Origin: Deinococcales bacterium
GTDB taxonomy: Bacteria; Deinococcota; Deinococci; Deinococcales; JAAFIG01
DNA: 64,000 nt
Assembly: GCA_031414595.1 (NCBI GenBank)
Contig: JANNVX010000018.1
Location: forward strand, 137,111 to 201,110
Direction of reading: 5' to 3'
The notes under the pieces are model-generated. The model searched no databases. It was not told the DNA's origin and saw only the letters and a program-made list of their open reading frames with translations. This document shows positions 9,829-19,361 of the stretch, one piece after another (positions within the stretch are counted from its first letter, which is position 1; every line of letters starts with the position of its first letter). The translations under genes were made by a program, and so were the position numbers.

Positions 9829-10238
9829 TGGATGTTAAACAACGCACATTAAAACTCAACCAACATCAGAGAGCCGAACTTGTCTCGAGATTACTTGAAC
9901 TTGGAACTGTCGAGATGGTAGATGTTCTGCAAGAAGTTTTTGAAACTAGAGTGCCAGACCTTGAATCTCGAACGGAGCAAAAGTTTTGTCTTGGAATTGC
10001 AACTATAAAGCCAAAATTCGCATCACAGCATTTGCAAGATTTGAGGTCAAAAGATGGAGTTTGGCTAAAAGTTGTGCCATACACTGATTGGAAAAATTAC
10101 CAAGCTACTCATGAAGATTTTGTAATTCCTGAAGGTTTTTATGAATCTGGGCGTTGCCCATCTTGTCTCATTGATTTAATTTCGAGCCAAAGACGGGCAA
10201 TTTGTCCAATTTGTGGTCAAAGTATTTGGTTGACTTAA
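9828..10238 (+). CDS. Hypothetical protein with C-terminal zinc ribbon
   Basis: CPSC...CPICG. Confidence 0.65.
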   Translation: MDVKQRTLKLNQHQRAELVSRLLELGTVEMVDVLQEVFETRVPDLESRTEQKFCLGIATIKPKFASQHLQDLRSKDGVWLKVVPYTDWKNYQATHEDFVIPEGFYESGRCPSCLIDLISSQRRAICPICGQSIWLT

Positions 10239-10248
10239 GAAGAGATTT

Positions 10249-11373
10249 TTAAATGGTTGGCGCGACATCTACATCAAATAATTTTCTGTTCCCACTCGAG
10301 AAACTTGCGCCCTTCACCAGTGGCATGACCAATTCTCCAAAGCGGCGGCATTCGTCCACGTGCGGGTAGCCACTGAAAATAAAGTTTTGGATGCCCATGT
10401 CCACATAGCCCTGAATTTTGGCGGCGACTTGTTGAGGACTTCCAACAATTGCTACACCCACACCACTTCGAGCCATGCCCACACCCGCCCAAAGGTTGTC
10501 TTCGATAAAGAAGTCGTTTTTCTCGAGGGCGGCTTGCAGAATTTTAATTTGATTACCTTGCCCAGTGCTGTCAACTTTGGCGTAACTCTTCTCAAAATTA
10601 GCTCGGACTTGCGGGTCTATCTTAGAAATCATGCGTTCGGCTGCTGCAATGGCTTCGCTTTCTGTTTCACGTACCACCACATGGGTTCGTAGCCCGTAAC
10701 TGACTTTGCGCCCATACTCGAGACTCAGTTCGTTCATGCGGTCAATTCGGGTTTGAATCATGGCTTTGGGTTCGCCCCAGAGCAGGTACACATCGGAAAG
10801 TTCGGCAGCGATTCGCATGGCGGCTTCGGATGCCCCACCAAAGTACAACGGGATTCGGTACGGCGGCTTAGGCTCGAGAACACTGCCAGAGTATTTGTAG
10901 TGCGCCCCTTCGTAGTTAATTGCCCCTTCAGAATCCCAGAAAAGCCGTAGTAATTTCATAAATTCATGGGTGCGTTCGTAACGTGTTTCATGTGGGCTGT
11001 AATCGCCATACATCGCATTTTCGGCGAGACTCGAGCCAGTCACAATGTTGATTCGCACCCGATTTGGAAAGAGATTGGCAAGGGTCGCCACCATTTTGGC
11101 GTACATCGCGGGGTCAAACATGCCCGTGCGAACCGCTACCAGCAACCCAGCGTTTCGGCTACGCGCCAAAGCTGCGGTTGCCACGGTGAAATTCTCGTGG
11201 TAGCTGTGGTAATTGGTAGCAGTCAGCAGACTCGAGAAACCCATTTCACCAGCCGTGTCTATCAAGTTCGAGATATGCTCGAGGGTCGGTTGGCGCGGTG
11301 GGAGTTCACGAGTCCCAAGGTACTCACCGTCGTGTTGGAGAACGCAAAACCATAAGAAATCAAGTTCATTCAT
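10249..11373 (-). CDS. LLM-class flavin-dependent oxidoreductase (SsuD-like)
   Basis: AVRTG, RVRINIVTG, PLYFGGAS, YLLWGEP, VGSPQQVA, FIFSGYPH. Confidence 0.9.
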   Translation of the reverse strand: MNELDFLWFCVLQHDGEYLGTRELPPRQPTLEHISNLIDTAGEMGFSSLLTATNYHSYHENFTVATAALARSRNAGLLVAVRTGMFDPAMYAKMVATLANLFPNRVRINIVTGSSLAENAMYGDYSPHETRYERTHEFMKLLRLFWDSEGAINYEGAHYKYSGSVLEPKPPYRIPLYFGGASEAAMRIAAELSDVYLLWGEPKAMIQTRIDRMNELSLEYGRKVSYGLRTHVVVRETESEAIAAAERMISKIDPQVRANFEKSYAKVDSTGQGNQIKILQAALEKNDFFIEDNLWAGVGMARSGVGVAIVGSPQQVAAKIQGYVDMGIQNFIFSGYPHVDECRRFGELVMPLVKGASFSSGNRKLFDVDVAPTI

Positions 11374-12019
11374 AAAAGTCTTTCCTTTCAAAACTCGAGG
11401 CTGAAGTATTCCACTGCGAAGCAGCAGTAAGCCGTGTTTCCTCGAGATACTTTTTCACGATTTCGTAACCAAGAGTATACCCTGTCCATCTCGGAATTCC
11501 ACGTTCTTGAGAACCGAAAAACCAGTCATTGTGTGCATAAGTTTGGCTGTGAAATTCTTCTTGTGCCTGCGAGAGTAATGCTGAAATTTGACTTAACTCG
11601 AGTGCATTGGCATAAATTGAAATTTGTCCCTGACGAAAATCCATTTCAAAAGCACAAGCTAAACCTTCTGTCACTAACGCCTCGAGCAGTGTTTGACCAT
11701 ATCCCACGCTTGTGTACCTAGCGCAATGATGCAATTCGTGGGCAATTGTGGCTGCAAGTTCTGTTTCGATGTTTGAATCAAAATTTGGATTTGATGGGTC
11801 AATATGAATAAAAGCATAGGCTGCATTTGGCGAAAAACCACTAAAACCAATTTCAGGAATTGTCCAAGATGGTTTAACGTGAATAATCACATCGGTTTGT
11901 TTGGTTGGAATCAAGTCGGCTATCTGAGCGCAAGTATGGTCGGAAATAATTTTAATACGCTCAATTTGACTCGAGCTTAACCCTTTTGTATTGGCAAAAA
12001 AAACAGATTCCAAAGTCAT
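11366..12019 (-). CDS. DUF2268-like putative Zn-dependent protease
   Basis: AHELHH, LVTEGLA, PRWTGYTLGY. Confidence 0.85.
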   Translation of the reverse strand: MTLESVFFANTKGLSSSQIERIKIISDHTCAQIADLIPTKQTDVIIHVKPSWTIPEIGFSGFSPNAAYAFIHIDPSNPNFDSNIETELAATIAHELHHCARYTSVGYGQTLLEALVTEGLACAFEMDFRQGQISIYANALELSQISALLSQAQEEFHSQTYAHNDWFFGSQERGIPRWTGYTLGYEIVKKYLEETRLTAASQWNTSASSFERKDFYE

Positions 12020-12045
12020 AATTTATTCTACTTGAAAAGCCAATT

Positions 12046-12498
12046 TTAGCTTTGCGGTACAACTAAACTCGAGAGTGTAACAATTTCGAGGTCAGGATTT
12101 TTTATTCGACTATCATTGGTTAAAAATACTTCACAGCCAGTCTCGAGAGCAGTCGCTAAATGTATAGCATCAGGGGTTTTTAGGTTTGGTTGCAAAGCCC
12201 GAAGTTCGGCAGCCCGAACTAGAATCTGACGTTCTATTGGAACGACAAGCAAACCGCCTGCGCTCTGGATGGCTTCTTCAAAAAGCTCTTGTAAGGCAGT
12301 GTTGTTTTTTCTTATTGGCATAACAAGCGCTTCAGATAGTGCTAATTCGCTGGTAACTGCAAAAATTTCATATTGAGTCGCGGCATTGATAATAGCATCA
12401 GATAGCTCTTGAAAATCTGGATACTGTTCGATGCTGTAAATGAAAATACTGGTGTCTAAGTAAAGCTGTTTTGCTAAAAACTGGTCTATTATTCCCAC
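12046..12498 (-). CDS. PIN-domain (VapC-like) toxin
   Basis: YLDTSIFIY, ELALSEAL, PDAIHLATA, FLTND. Confidence 0.9.
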   Translation of the reverse strand: MGIIDQFLAKQLYLDTSIFIYSIEQYPDFQELSDAIINAATQYEIFAVTSELALSEALVMPIRKNNTALQELFEEAIQSAGGLLVVPIERQILVRAAELRALQPNLKTPDAIHLATALETGCEVFLTNDSRIKNPDLEIVTLSSLVVPQS

Positions 12499-12746
12499 GA
12501 ATCACGTTCTCCTCGTAGGTACGCATCAGCATCGGCTGGCGTTGCTCCGTAAACCCCTTTACCTGCTCCAAGAAGTTCAGAAAGTCTACTTTTAGGGTTT
12601 TTTAAGCGTATTTTCTCGAGTTCCTGCATTTTAAGTAGGAACTGATTACGGCGTTTCAAACGCAGAATCTCGAGGTTCTTCTCGAGCAAAAGCTGTTGCC
12701 AGTCTATTTTTTCTGCTTCTATTGGTTCGGGTCGCTCGGCAATCAT
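12489..12746 (-). CDS. Putative antitoxin of the PIN toxin
   Basis: Small upstream overlapping ORF ending GAGKGVY...DAYLRGERDSWE. Confidence 0.75.
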   Translation of the reverse strand: MIAERPEPIEAEKIDWQQLLLEKNLEILRLKRRNQFLLKMQELEKIRLKNPKSRLSELLGAGKGVYGATPADADAYLRGERDSWE

Positions 12747-12762
12747 GATTCACCTCTAAAAA

Positions 12763-13241
12763 CTATCTTACTCCAAGAATTGGTTGCTGCTCGAGAAACT
12801 TTTTGTTGGCTTGTTCATCCCAAGGGAAACGATGCAGCCTGTCTGGGTAAATCATTTGCAGTACCGTAAAATCATCAGATTCATAAAACCACTGGGCAGC
12901 CCCTAAAAACTCCGAGTAATGGTGTTTTGGAACATCCACAAACATCACTTCATAACCCTCGAGTATGTCTGTTACCACTTGCCCATGCACAAATCTCGAG
13001 CCAGATTTTATTTTGTCACCAACAAATTAATTAAGCTGTGCATCGTCTCGAGCCGCAGTCCAAAAAGAATAATTTCTGGATGCCCTAAAGCTGCCGTAAA
13101 ACCCACCGAGAATGCAAAAGCACTGCCTTCGTCATCCTCGGGAATCATCGTCACTTGCCAGCCGTAATCGCGTACTGTCTCGAGCAATTCGCGCTCAAAG
13201 TCGTCTAGGTCTGGGTTTTGTAGTCGGGTCTCGAGATTCAC
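12763..13241 (-). pseudogene. DUF4262-like protein split by a 1-nt frameshift
   Basis: YGWQVTMI..FAFSVG..GHPEI..FGL half joins GDKIKSGSRF..LQMIYPD..RFPW..QQP half after a frame change near 13020. Confidence 0.75.
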
Positions 13242-13244
13242 AAC

Positions 13245-14075
13245 TTAGCCCTTGACGCTTCCAGCCGTTAAACCAGAAATAATCTTTTGCTGGAAAATCA
13301 AAATAATCGTGATGATGGGGATAATCGCAATGGTAATAGCCGCACTAATAATGCCCCACGGGAAACTAAACTCGCCTTGGTAGAGCGCCACGGCGGGCGG
13401 CACAGTGCGGGTAGCTTGGTTACTGGCAAAGGTCACAGCCAGCAAAAATTCGTTCCAAGAGTTGACAAATGCCAGAATACTGGCAGTAGCAACGCCTGGT
13501 GCTGCCAGTGGCACGATAATTCGCCACAGTGCGCCAAATCTCGAGCAACCATCCACCATTGCAGCATCCTCGAGGTCTTTAGGGATGCCTTGAAAAAATG
13601 CAGTTAAGGTTAAAATGCTGATTGGCAGGCTAAAGGCGGCGTATGGCACGATTAAACTTAAGTACGTGCCTAACCAGCCAAAAGAACGCATCATTTGGTA
13701 AAGCGGCACAATTAAACTGACCACCGGAAAGATACTGGCTGCCACTATCAGGGTTTGAATGATGCCGCGCTGCGGTAAGTTGACTCGAGCTATCGCGTAT
13801 CCAGCCAGCGCCGCGATGGTCACACAAACCAAGGTGCTGATGCTCGAGACAAAAATGGAGTTAAAGAAGTATTTGAGGAACGGCTGTTGTACAAAAACCT
13901 GTTCGTAATTGGTGAATGCCCAGCTTTGCGGTAAATAGGAAATCGGGCTGGTTTGCAGTTCGATGTCATTTTTGAAACTGGTCAGTACCACCCAGACCAT
14001 TGGGTAGACTCCATTGACCACCAGCAGTACCAAGGCAAAAACAACAAAGGCACGGTTGAGAATTAGATTTTTCAT
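13245..14075 (-). CDS. Carbohydrate-family ABC permease
   Basis: IPKDLEDAAMVDG EAA loop; WNEFL. Confidence 0.93.
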   Translation of the reverse strand: MKNLILNRAFVVFALVLLVVNGVYPMVWVVLTSFKNDIELQTSPISYLPQSWAFTNYEQVFVQQPFLKYFFNSIFVSSISTLVCVTIAALAGYAIARVNLPQRGIIQTLIVAASIFPVVSLIVPLYQMMRSFGWLGTYLSLIVPYAAFSLPISILTLTAFFQGIPKDLEDAAMVDGCSRFGALWRIIVPLAAPGVATASILAFVNSWNEFLLAVTFASNQATRTVPPAVALYQGEFSFPWGIISAAITIAIIPIITIILIFQQKIISGLTAGSVKG

Positions 14076-15010
14076 GTCTCTGTCCTGACAAAGCGCACGT
14101 AAATAGCGGTGATTACCAGTGCCAAAACAAAAAGCCCGAGCGAGACTGTTGCGCCGTAGCCAAAATCGGTGAATTCGACCGTGGTTTTTTGAATGTACAT
14201 CCCCAGTGTCTCGAGATTTAACGCCCCAGCTTGCTTAAAAGCGTAAGGAATATCAAAGACTTGCAGTGCCGAAAGGGTACGAAAAATCAGGGCAACAGCA
14301 ATCGCGGGGCGTAGAAGCGGTAAGGTGATGCGCCAAAAAATTTGCCAACTGCTCGCGCCGTCTACTGTGGCGGCTTCCTCGAGTTCTATTGGAATACTTT
14401 GTAAGCCTCCAAGCAGAATCAGTGCTACAAAACTTGAGGTTTTCCAGATGGTCGTGACCACAAAAGCAATCACTTGGGTATCTGGTTGCAGCAACCAACG
14501 AATCGGTTGTTCGATCAGGTTAAAGCGCAGCAAAAGGTCATTAAAAAGCCCAAATTGCGAATTGAACATCCAAGCAAACATTGTGCCAGCAATCACTTGA
14601 GGCATTGCCCACGGGAGAAGTAGCGCAATTCGTACTACCCAGCGCCAACCAGTTTTGACATTAGCAAGCAGCGCCAAAGGTAAACCGACCAGAAACGAAC
14701 CAACCACGGTTAAAATTCCAAACCAAAGGGTGCGCCAGAACGCATCTATAAAGGCTTGGTCTTTAAATAGCCTCGAGTAATTTTCTAAGCTGGTGCTGAC
14801 TTGACTTGGGTCGGCGATTTCTTGCACCCGAAAAGTCAGTAATAATACGTTAATCATCGGGTATAAAAAAATGCCAATCAGCAAAATAAAGGCTGGTGCG
14901 AGCAACATCCAGCCAAATTCTCGTTCGGCTAATTGCCCAGTCATAAAACGTTGCCAAAAACCAGAAAAGCCCCGATTAACTCGGGGCATGAGCGGTGAAG
15001 GTGAAGCCAC
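14072..15010 (-). CDS. Carbohydrate-family ABC permease
   Basis: GLQSIPIELEEAATVDGA; LPWAMP. Confidence 0.93.
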   Translation of the reverse strand: MASPSPLMPRVNRGFSGFWQRFMTGQLAEREFGWMLLAPAFILLIGIFLYPMINVLLLTFRVQEIADPSQVSTSLENYSRLFKDQAFIDAFWRTLWFGILTVVGSFLVGLPLALLANVKTGWRWVVRIALLLPWAMPQVIAGTMFAWMFNSQFGLFNDLLLRFNLIEQPIRWLLQPDTQVIAFVVTTIWKTSSFVALILLGGLQSIPIELEEAATVDGASSWQIFWRITLPLLRPAIAVALIFRTLSALQVFDIPYAFKQAGALNLETLGMYIQKTTVEFTDFGYGATVSLGLFVLALVITAIYVRFVRTET

Positions 15011-15015
15011 AAACC

Positions 15016-16311
15016 CTACTTAATCAATGGCTCGAGGGCGGACTGCATATCGGTCAGTGCTTTATCTACGGTTTTAGAACCAGCCACGACCGCATTGACA
15101 TTGGTGCGGATAATTTCAGAAACCTTCGGATAATTGGCGGTCACGGGGCGTGGACGGGCTTTTAAGATAACAGGGTAGAGGTCATCGTAGTGTGGATTGG
15201 CTCTCAGGACATTGTTGTTGTTGTACAGCGCTTTACGCACCGGTAAGAAACCACCTTTGATGCTGAATTCTTCTTGGGCTTTGGTGTCAGACATATAACG
15301 CAGCAATTCAAAGGCTTTTTGCTTGTTCTTGCTAAAATTCGAGATACCCCATGAAGCCCCACCTTGGCAGGTGCTGCTGCCGACTTTTGAACCCGCAAAG
15401 GCGGGCAAACGAGCCACACCAATGTTGCCTTTGACGGCTGTTGGTCCGGAAGTTGGTCCGCCGTTGCCTTGGAAATGCGCCCAAGCATATGCCCAGTTCA
15501 AACCGAACAAGACATTGCCTTGCTGCATCATGCGACGGCTGTCATCGGTGCGAACTTCTGCCATTAGGGCTGGCGAAATCTTGGTTTTGTTGATTGAATC
15601 TACCCAGAGGTTCAGGGCTTTTTTGCCAAAGTCATTATTGACATTGACCTTACCACCCTGCAAGAAATCGCCGCCAGCTGCCCAGAATGGTTGCAAGAAC
15701 ATACAAACCGCGCCTTCAATCGGTGCGCCTTGGAAATTCAAGCCTTGGAGGTTTGGATTACCTTCGGCTGCCAAAATCTTTTGTGCAGTTGCGGTAACTT
15801 CTTCCCAAGTTTTAGGCACAGCCACTTTGTACTTCTCGAGTAGGTCTTTACGGTAATACAAGAACTGTACATCGGTGGTGGCAGGCAATGCCCAGAGTTC
15901 AGTGCCAATGGTCGTGGCTTTGACCGGACCCGGAACGTAACCGTCAATAAATTCTTGGCGGTCTTTATCGCCACCAAAGTATTTATCGAGTGGCTCGAGC
16001 CAACCTTGGGCTTGGAATTGGGCTGGACGAATCACATCAATCAGCATCACATCCAAACTTGGGTCTTTTGCGCCTAGCACGGTAGATAAATACGCGCCTT
16101 GTAACTCTGAGGTTGCACCACCAAGCTCGAGAACCACTTTAGTACCGGTCTTCTTTTCAAAGCGGTCAAAAATCGGTTGTAGCAAATCTGGACGAAAGGT
16201 TGAACCCGCAAAAACCCGTAAGGTACTACTCTGAGCGCCAACTTGTGAGAGTGCCAATGCACCAACTGCCAAGCCAATACCACCAAACATAACCAATGTT
16301 TTTAACTTCAT
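15016..16311 (-). CDS. ABC substrate-binding protein (family 1)
   Basis: Signal peptide, LYYRKDLL, PKTWEE, NWAYAW, RPVTANY; AGGAG RBS before MKLKT. Confidence 0.92.
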   Translation of the reverse strand: MKLKTLVMFGGIGLAVGALALSQVGAQSSTLRVFAGSTFRPDLLQPIFDRFEKKTGTKVVLELGGATSELQGAYLSTVLGAKDPSLDVMLIDVIRPAQFQAQGWLEPLDKYFGGDKDRQEFIDGYVPGPVKATTIGTELWALPATTDVQFLYYRKDLLEKYKVAVPKTWEEVTATAQKILAAEGNPNLQGLNFQGAPIEGAVCMFLQPFWAAGGDFLQGGKVNVNNDFGKKALNLWVDSINKTKISPALMAEVRTDDSRRMMQQGNVLFGLNWAYAWAHFQGNGGPTSGPTAVKGNIGVARLPAFAGSKVGSSTCQGGASWGISNFSKNKQKAFELLRYMSDTKAQEEFSIKGGFLPVRKALYNNNNVLRANPHYDDLYPVILKARPRPVTANYPKVSEIIRTNVNAVVAGSKTVDKALTDMQSALEPLIK

Positions 16312-16375
16312 GAGACTCCTCCTAAACTTTTTGAACTCAGTCAATATACAGCACCGAACCCAACTTGAGAAGCAC

Positions 16376-16942
16376 CTATCCCAATTCGGATTCTTCAAAA
16401 GGCACATAGTAAGGAAATAAATCCTCGACGGGCATAGACCAATTGGGAACAGCATCACCAGCGTGGGCAAGTTCACCTCGAGTAAAAACTCGCACAGACT
16501 CCCCCACGATATGCAGCCGTACCACCTCCAAAGCAAGTAAATCCACATCCCAAACGGCTAATGTACCAGCCAGAAAGTAATCGTTGATTTTAGCAGCAAT
16601 CTCTCGGTCAGCCGTTTTTCCATAATCATGTTCAGAACGCACTTCTATGGCAAAAGTCGGAGCGCGGTCTAAGAATTTCATACCCGAGTGCGCTCCACGA
16701 ATAAAGGCTGCATCTGGACTAAAGGATTTTCGATTTGGTAAATCTACCAAGAATCCCTTGCCGTCTGCCACGGCATAGCCAAGTTTGGAAGCTCGAGCAA
16801 AAGCCCGTAAACTTGAATAAATCTCATCGGCGGCAAAGCCCGGTAAAAATCCAGTTGGCGACAATGTAATCAACCTCCCATGCGCTAATTCTGCCTTGCC
16901 AGAAGTGGCGTATAAATCTGCGATAGAAGCAGTTGTAACCAT
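16376..16942 (-). CDS. Uma2-family endonuclease-like protein
   Basis: SPDAAF, PTFAIEVRS, KINDYFLAG..VWDVD. Confidence 0.9.
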   Translation of the reverse strand: MVTTASIADLYATSGKAELAHGRLITLSPTGFLPGFAADEIYSSLRAFARASKLGYAVADGKGFLVDLPNRKSFSPDAAFIRGAHSGMKFLDRAPTFAIEVRSEHDYGKTADREIAAKINDYFLAGTLAVWDVDLLALEVVRLHIVGESVRVFTRGELAHAGDAVPNWSMPVEDLFPYYVPFEESELG

Positions 16943-16957
16943 AGCCTCGAGTATAGG

Positions 16958-18394
16958 CTATGGGAGGGTGATACTGATGTATTTCAGTTCAAGAAACGCC
17001 TCGAGACCCCAACGCCCACCTTCGCGTCCGACCCCCGAGTTTTTCATACCACCAAATGGGGCTTGAGGTGCCATCGCACTTGGCACACCATCATTAACGC
17101 CAACAATGCCGTACTCGAGGGCTTCGGCGACACGGTACGCCCTGCCAATGTCTCGAGTCCAAATGTATGCCGCTAAGCCGTACTCGGTGTTGTTTGCCCA
17201 AGCTACTGCATCGGTTTCGCTTGAGAAATTTACAAGCGGAGCAACCGGACCAAAGGTTTCTTCGGTCAGAATCCGCATTGATGGCGTGACACCAGACAAA
17301 ATTGTTGGTTCAAAGAAAAGCCCGCCAGTCGCATGACCACCCGTGACGATTTTAGCGCCTTTCGCTACAGCATCCTGAACGTGTGCCTGTACCTTCTCGA
17401 GTGTCGCCTTATCCACCAGTGGACCAATGGTTGTGTCGGCATCAAGCGGATTACCCAGCTTAAAACTCTTGGCTTGGGCTGCAAAAGCCTCTTCAAAACT
17501 CGAGGAGAGTGTTTCGTGGACATAGACTCGATTGGAGGCTACGCATTGCTGCCCAGCGTTCCTAAACTTAGAATTAGAAACGGTGAGCGCGGCTGCCACG
17601 ACATCGGCATCTTCAAAAACAATAAATGGTGCATGACCGCCCAACTCGAGCGACAAGCGTTTAAGGGTCGGTGCAGCTTGGGCGTAAAGCAACTTGCCGA
17701 CTTCGGTACTACCCGTAAACGTAATCTTGCGAACTCGAGCGTCCGACATAAAAACTCGAGAAACTTCTATCGGGTCTTGGCAGGGCAGTACCTGAAAAGT
17801 ATCTTTTGGCGCACCAGCTTCGAGCCAGAGCTTGGCGAGTAACAAGGCGGTCAGGGGCGATTGTTCGGCGGGTTTTAAGACCACCACACATCCAGCCGCC
17901 AGTGCAGGCGCGACTTTACGGGCAATCATTGCCGCAGGAAAATTCCACGGAGTCACGGCGTACACAACTCCAACAGGTTCGGGTCTCGAGAAGGCGCGTT
18001 TTTGGGCAAAACGACTTGGAATAATTTCCCCAGCGATGCGTTCAGCTTCGGCGGCGTACCACTCGATGGCGGTGGCGCTGTAAATACTCTCGCCCCTCGA
18101 CTCGAGCATTGGCTTACCCATCTCCAAGGTCATGGCAGTGGCAATTTCTTCGGCATTGGCACGAATTAATGCTGCCCATTTTTGCATGATGATACTGCGC
18201 TCGAATCCAGAAGTGTGCTTAAAACTCGAGAAAGCCGTGACTGCTGCCTCGAGTGCTTCTTTGGCTTCGGGGATGCCACAATCGGCAATTTCGGCGACGG
18301 TGCTGCCGTCAAAAGGATTGATGACCGAGAAAGTTTTGTCTAGGGTTTGCCAACCACCAGCGAGAAGGGCTTGACGGGCAACAGTTTGATACAT
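16958..18394 (-). CDS. gabD: NAD(P)-dependent succinate-semialdehyde dehydrogenase
   Basis: TPWNFPAAM, FTGSTEVG, LELGGHAP, KFRNAGQQC, EETFGP. Confidence 0.88.
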   Translation of the reverse strand: MYQTVARQALLAGGWQTLDKTFSVINPFDGSTVAEIADCGIPEAKEALEAAVTAFSSFKHTSGFERSIIMQKWAALIRANAEEIATAMTLEMGKPMLESRGESIYSATAIEWYAAEAERIAGEIIPSRFAQKRAFSRPEPVGVVYAVTPWNFPAAMIARKVAPALAAGCVVVLKPAEQSPLTALLLAKLWLEAGAPKDTFQVLPCQDPIEVSRVFMSDARVRKITFTGSTEVGKLLYAQAAPTLKRLSLELGGHAPFIVFEDADVVAAALTVSNSKFRNAGQQCVASNRVYVHETLSSSFEEAFAAQAKSFKLGNPLDADTTIGPLVDKATLEKVQAHVQDAVAKGAKIVTGGHATGGLFFEPTILSGVTPSMRILTEETFGPVAPLVNFSSETDAVAWANNTEYGLAAYIWTRDIGRAYRVAEALEYGIVGVNDGVPSAMAPQAPFGGMKNSGVGREGGRWGLEAFLELKYISITLP

Positions 18395-18434
18395 AGAAAA
18401 CTCCTTGGAAGAAATTTGGGATTATGTTATCTCA

Positions 18435-18463
18435 CAGGGCGAACACAAGGTTCGCCCCTACGG
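18435..18463. repeat. GTAG-type REP-like palindrome
   Basis: CAGGGCGAACacaagGTTCGCCCCTACGG. Confidence 0.75.
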
Positions 18464-18772
18464 ATTTAGGGGTGGATTTGCGTTTAAGTATTTTGTGATG
18501 ATTGGTTCAGATTCTTTCCAGACAAATTCGAGAGGCTTAAGTGCTTCTTTGAGTGCATGAGCCTGTTGTTGCAAAATCAATTTATCTTGTTCCCAATAAA
18601 TACCCAATTTGACATTGGAAAAATTACGAATTAAATCTGGAAGGTTATGGGCATGGTTGGCAGTCAATTGTGCAACTTTGAGATTGTCGCAGTAACGAAT
18701 AAAAATCGTAGTTGCATACAAGATTTCTAACACTATGTTCTCAATTTCTCGAGGGCAAGTTTTTGTCTGCAT
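18458..18772 (-). CDS. Hypothetical protein
   Basis: 104-aa AT-rich ORF, AGGA RBS, co-oriented with neighbours. Confidence 0.55.
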   Translation of the reverse strand: MQTKTCPREIENIVLEILYATTIFIRYCDNLKVAQLTANHAHNLPDLIRNFSNVKLGIYWEQDKLILQQQAHALKEALKPLEFVWKESEPIITKYLNANPPLNP

Positions 18773-18795
18773 ACCAGTTCCTAAACTTAAACAAA

Positions 18796-18969
18796 TTAGT
18801 TCAGTCCAAAGCGCTCACGCAATTGCTCAAGCGTCAATGTAACACTCAAACCAGCTTTAGATTGAGCGATTGACTGCTCTAAACGCTTTAGATTAGCCTC
18901 GCCAAAGTTACCGACAAAATCATGAGCAGGCTTGATGCTTTTTTTTCGTTTAGGACTTACTTTCGGCAT
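18796..18969 (-). CDS. 57-aa protein resembling a YefM/Phd antitoxin C-terminus
   Basis: Manual translation MPKVSPKRKKSIKPAHDFVGNFGEANLKRLEQSIAQSKAGLSVTLTLEQLRERFGLN; GAGGA RBS. Confidence 0.6.
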   Translation of the reverse strand: MPKVSPKRKKSIKPAHDFVGNFGEANLKRLEQSIAQSKAGLSVTLTLEQLRERFGLN

Positions 18970-18977
18970 TGAATCCT

Positions 18978-19361
18978 CTACTCGTCTCGAGACTTGTCGG
19001 GTAATTTGCCACCAAAAGATATAACCTGCCGAATCTTTCCGAACTTATCAAACTCCACCACATCCATGCCTTCGGATTCCATGCGGTTCTGGTCTTGTAA
19101 CCATAATCCCCAACCGTAACGCACCCAAAGCCCATGTTCGTGTTTTTGAAAACCACTGGTAAACTCGAGGCGGTCAAAAGCCACGCTGCTGTGGACTTTG
19201 GCAATAAATTTGGCAATCACGACTGCGCCACTCATATGGGCAAGTGGGTCAAAGAGTTGTATCCCCGGATGAACGACACTGGCAAGTTTCTCGAGGCGAA
19301 TGCTTGAATCGCGGGCGTTCCAGGCTTCTAAATAGGTTTGTAAACTGGCTTCAAAACTCAT
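18978..19361 (-). CDS. SnoaL/NTF2-like protein
   Basis: YLEAWNARD, FDP, EGMDVV, GKI.QV.SF.G; ATGA overlap with the amidohydrolase stop. Confidence 0.8.
   Translation of the reverse strand: MSFEASLQTYLEAWNARDSSIRLEKLASVVHPGIQLFDPLAHMSGAVVIAKFIAKVHSSVAFDRLEFTSGFQKHEHGLWVRYGWGLWLQDQNRMESEGMDVVEFDKFGKIRQVISFGGKLPDKSRDE

Noticed and set aside
16312-16548. Extended N-terminus of the ABC binding protein in the track
   Set aside because: Overlaps the Uma2 gene; RBS and signal peptide place the start at 16311.
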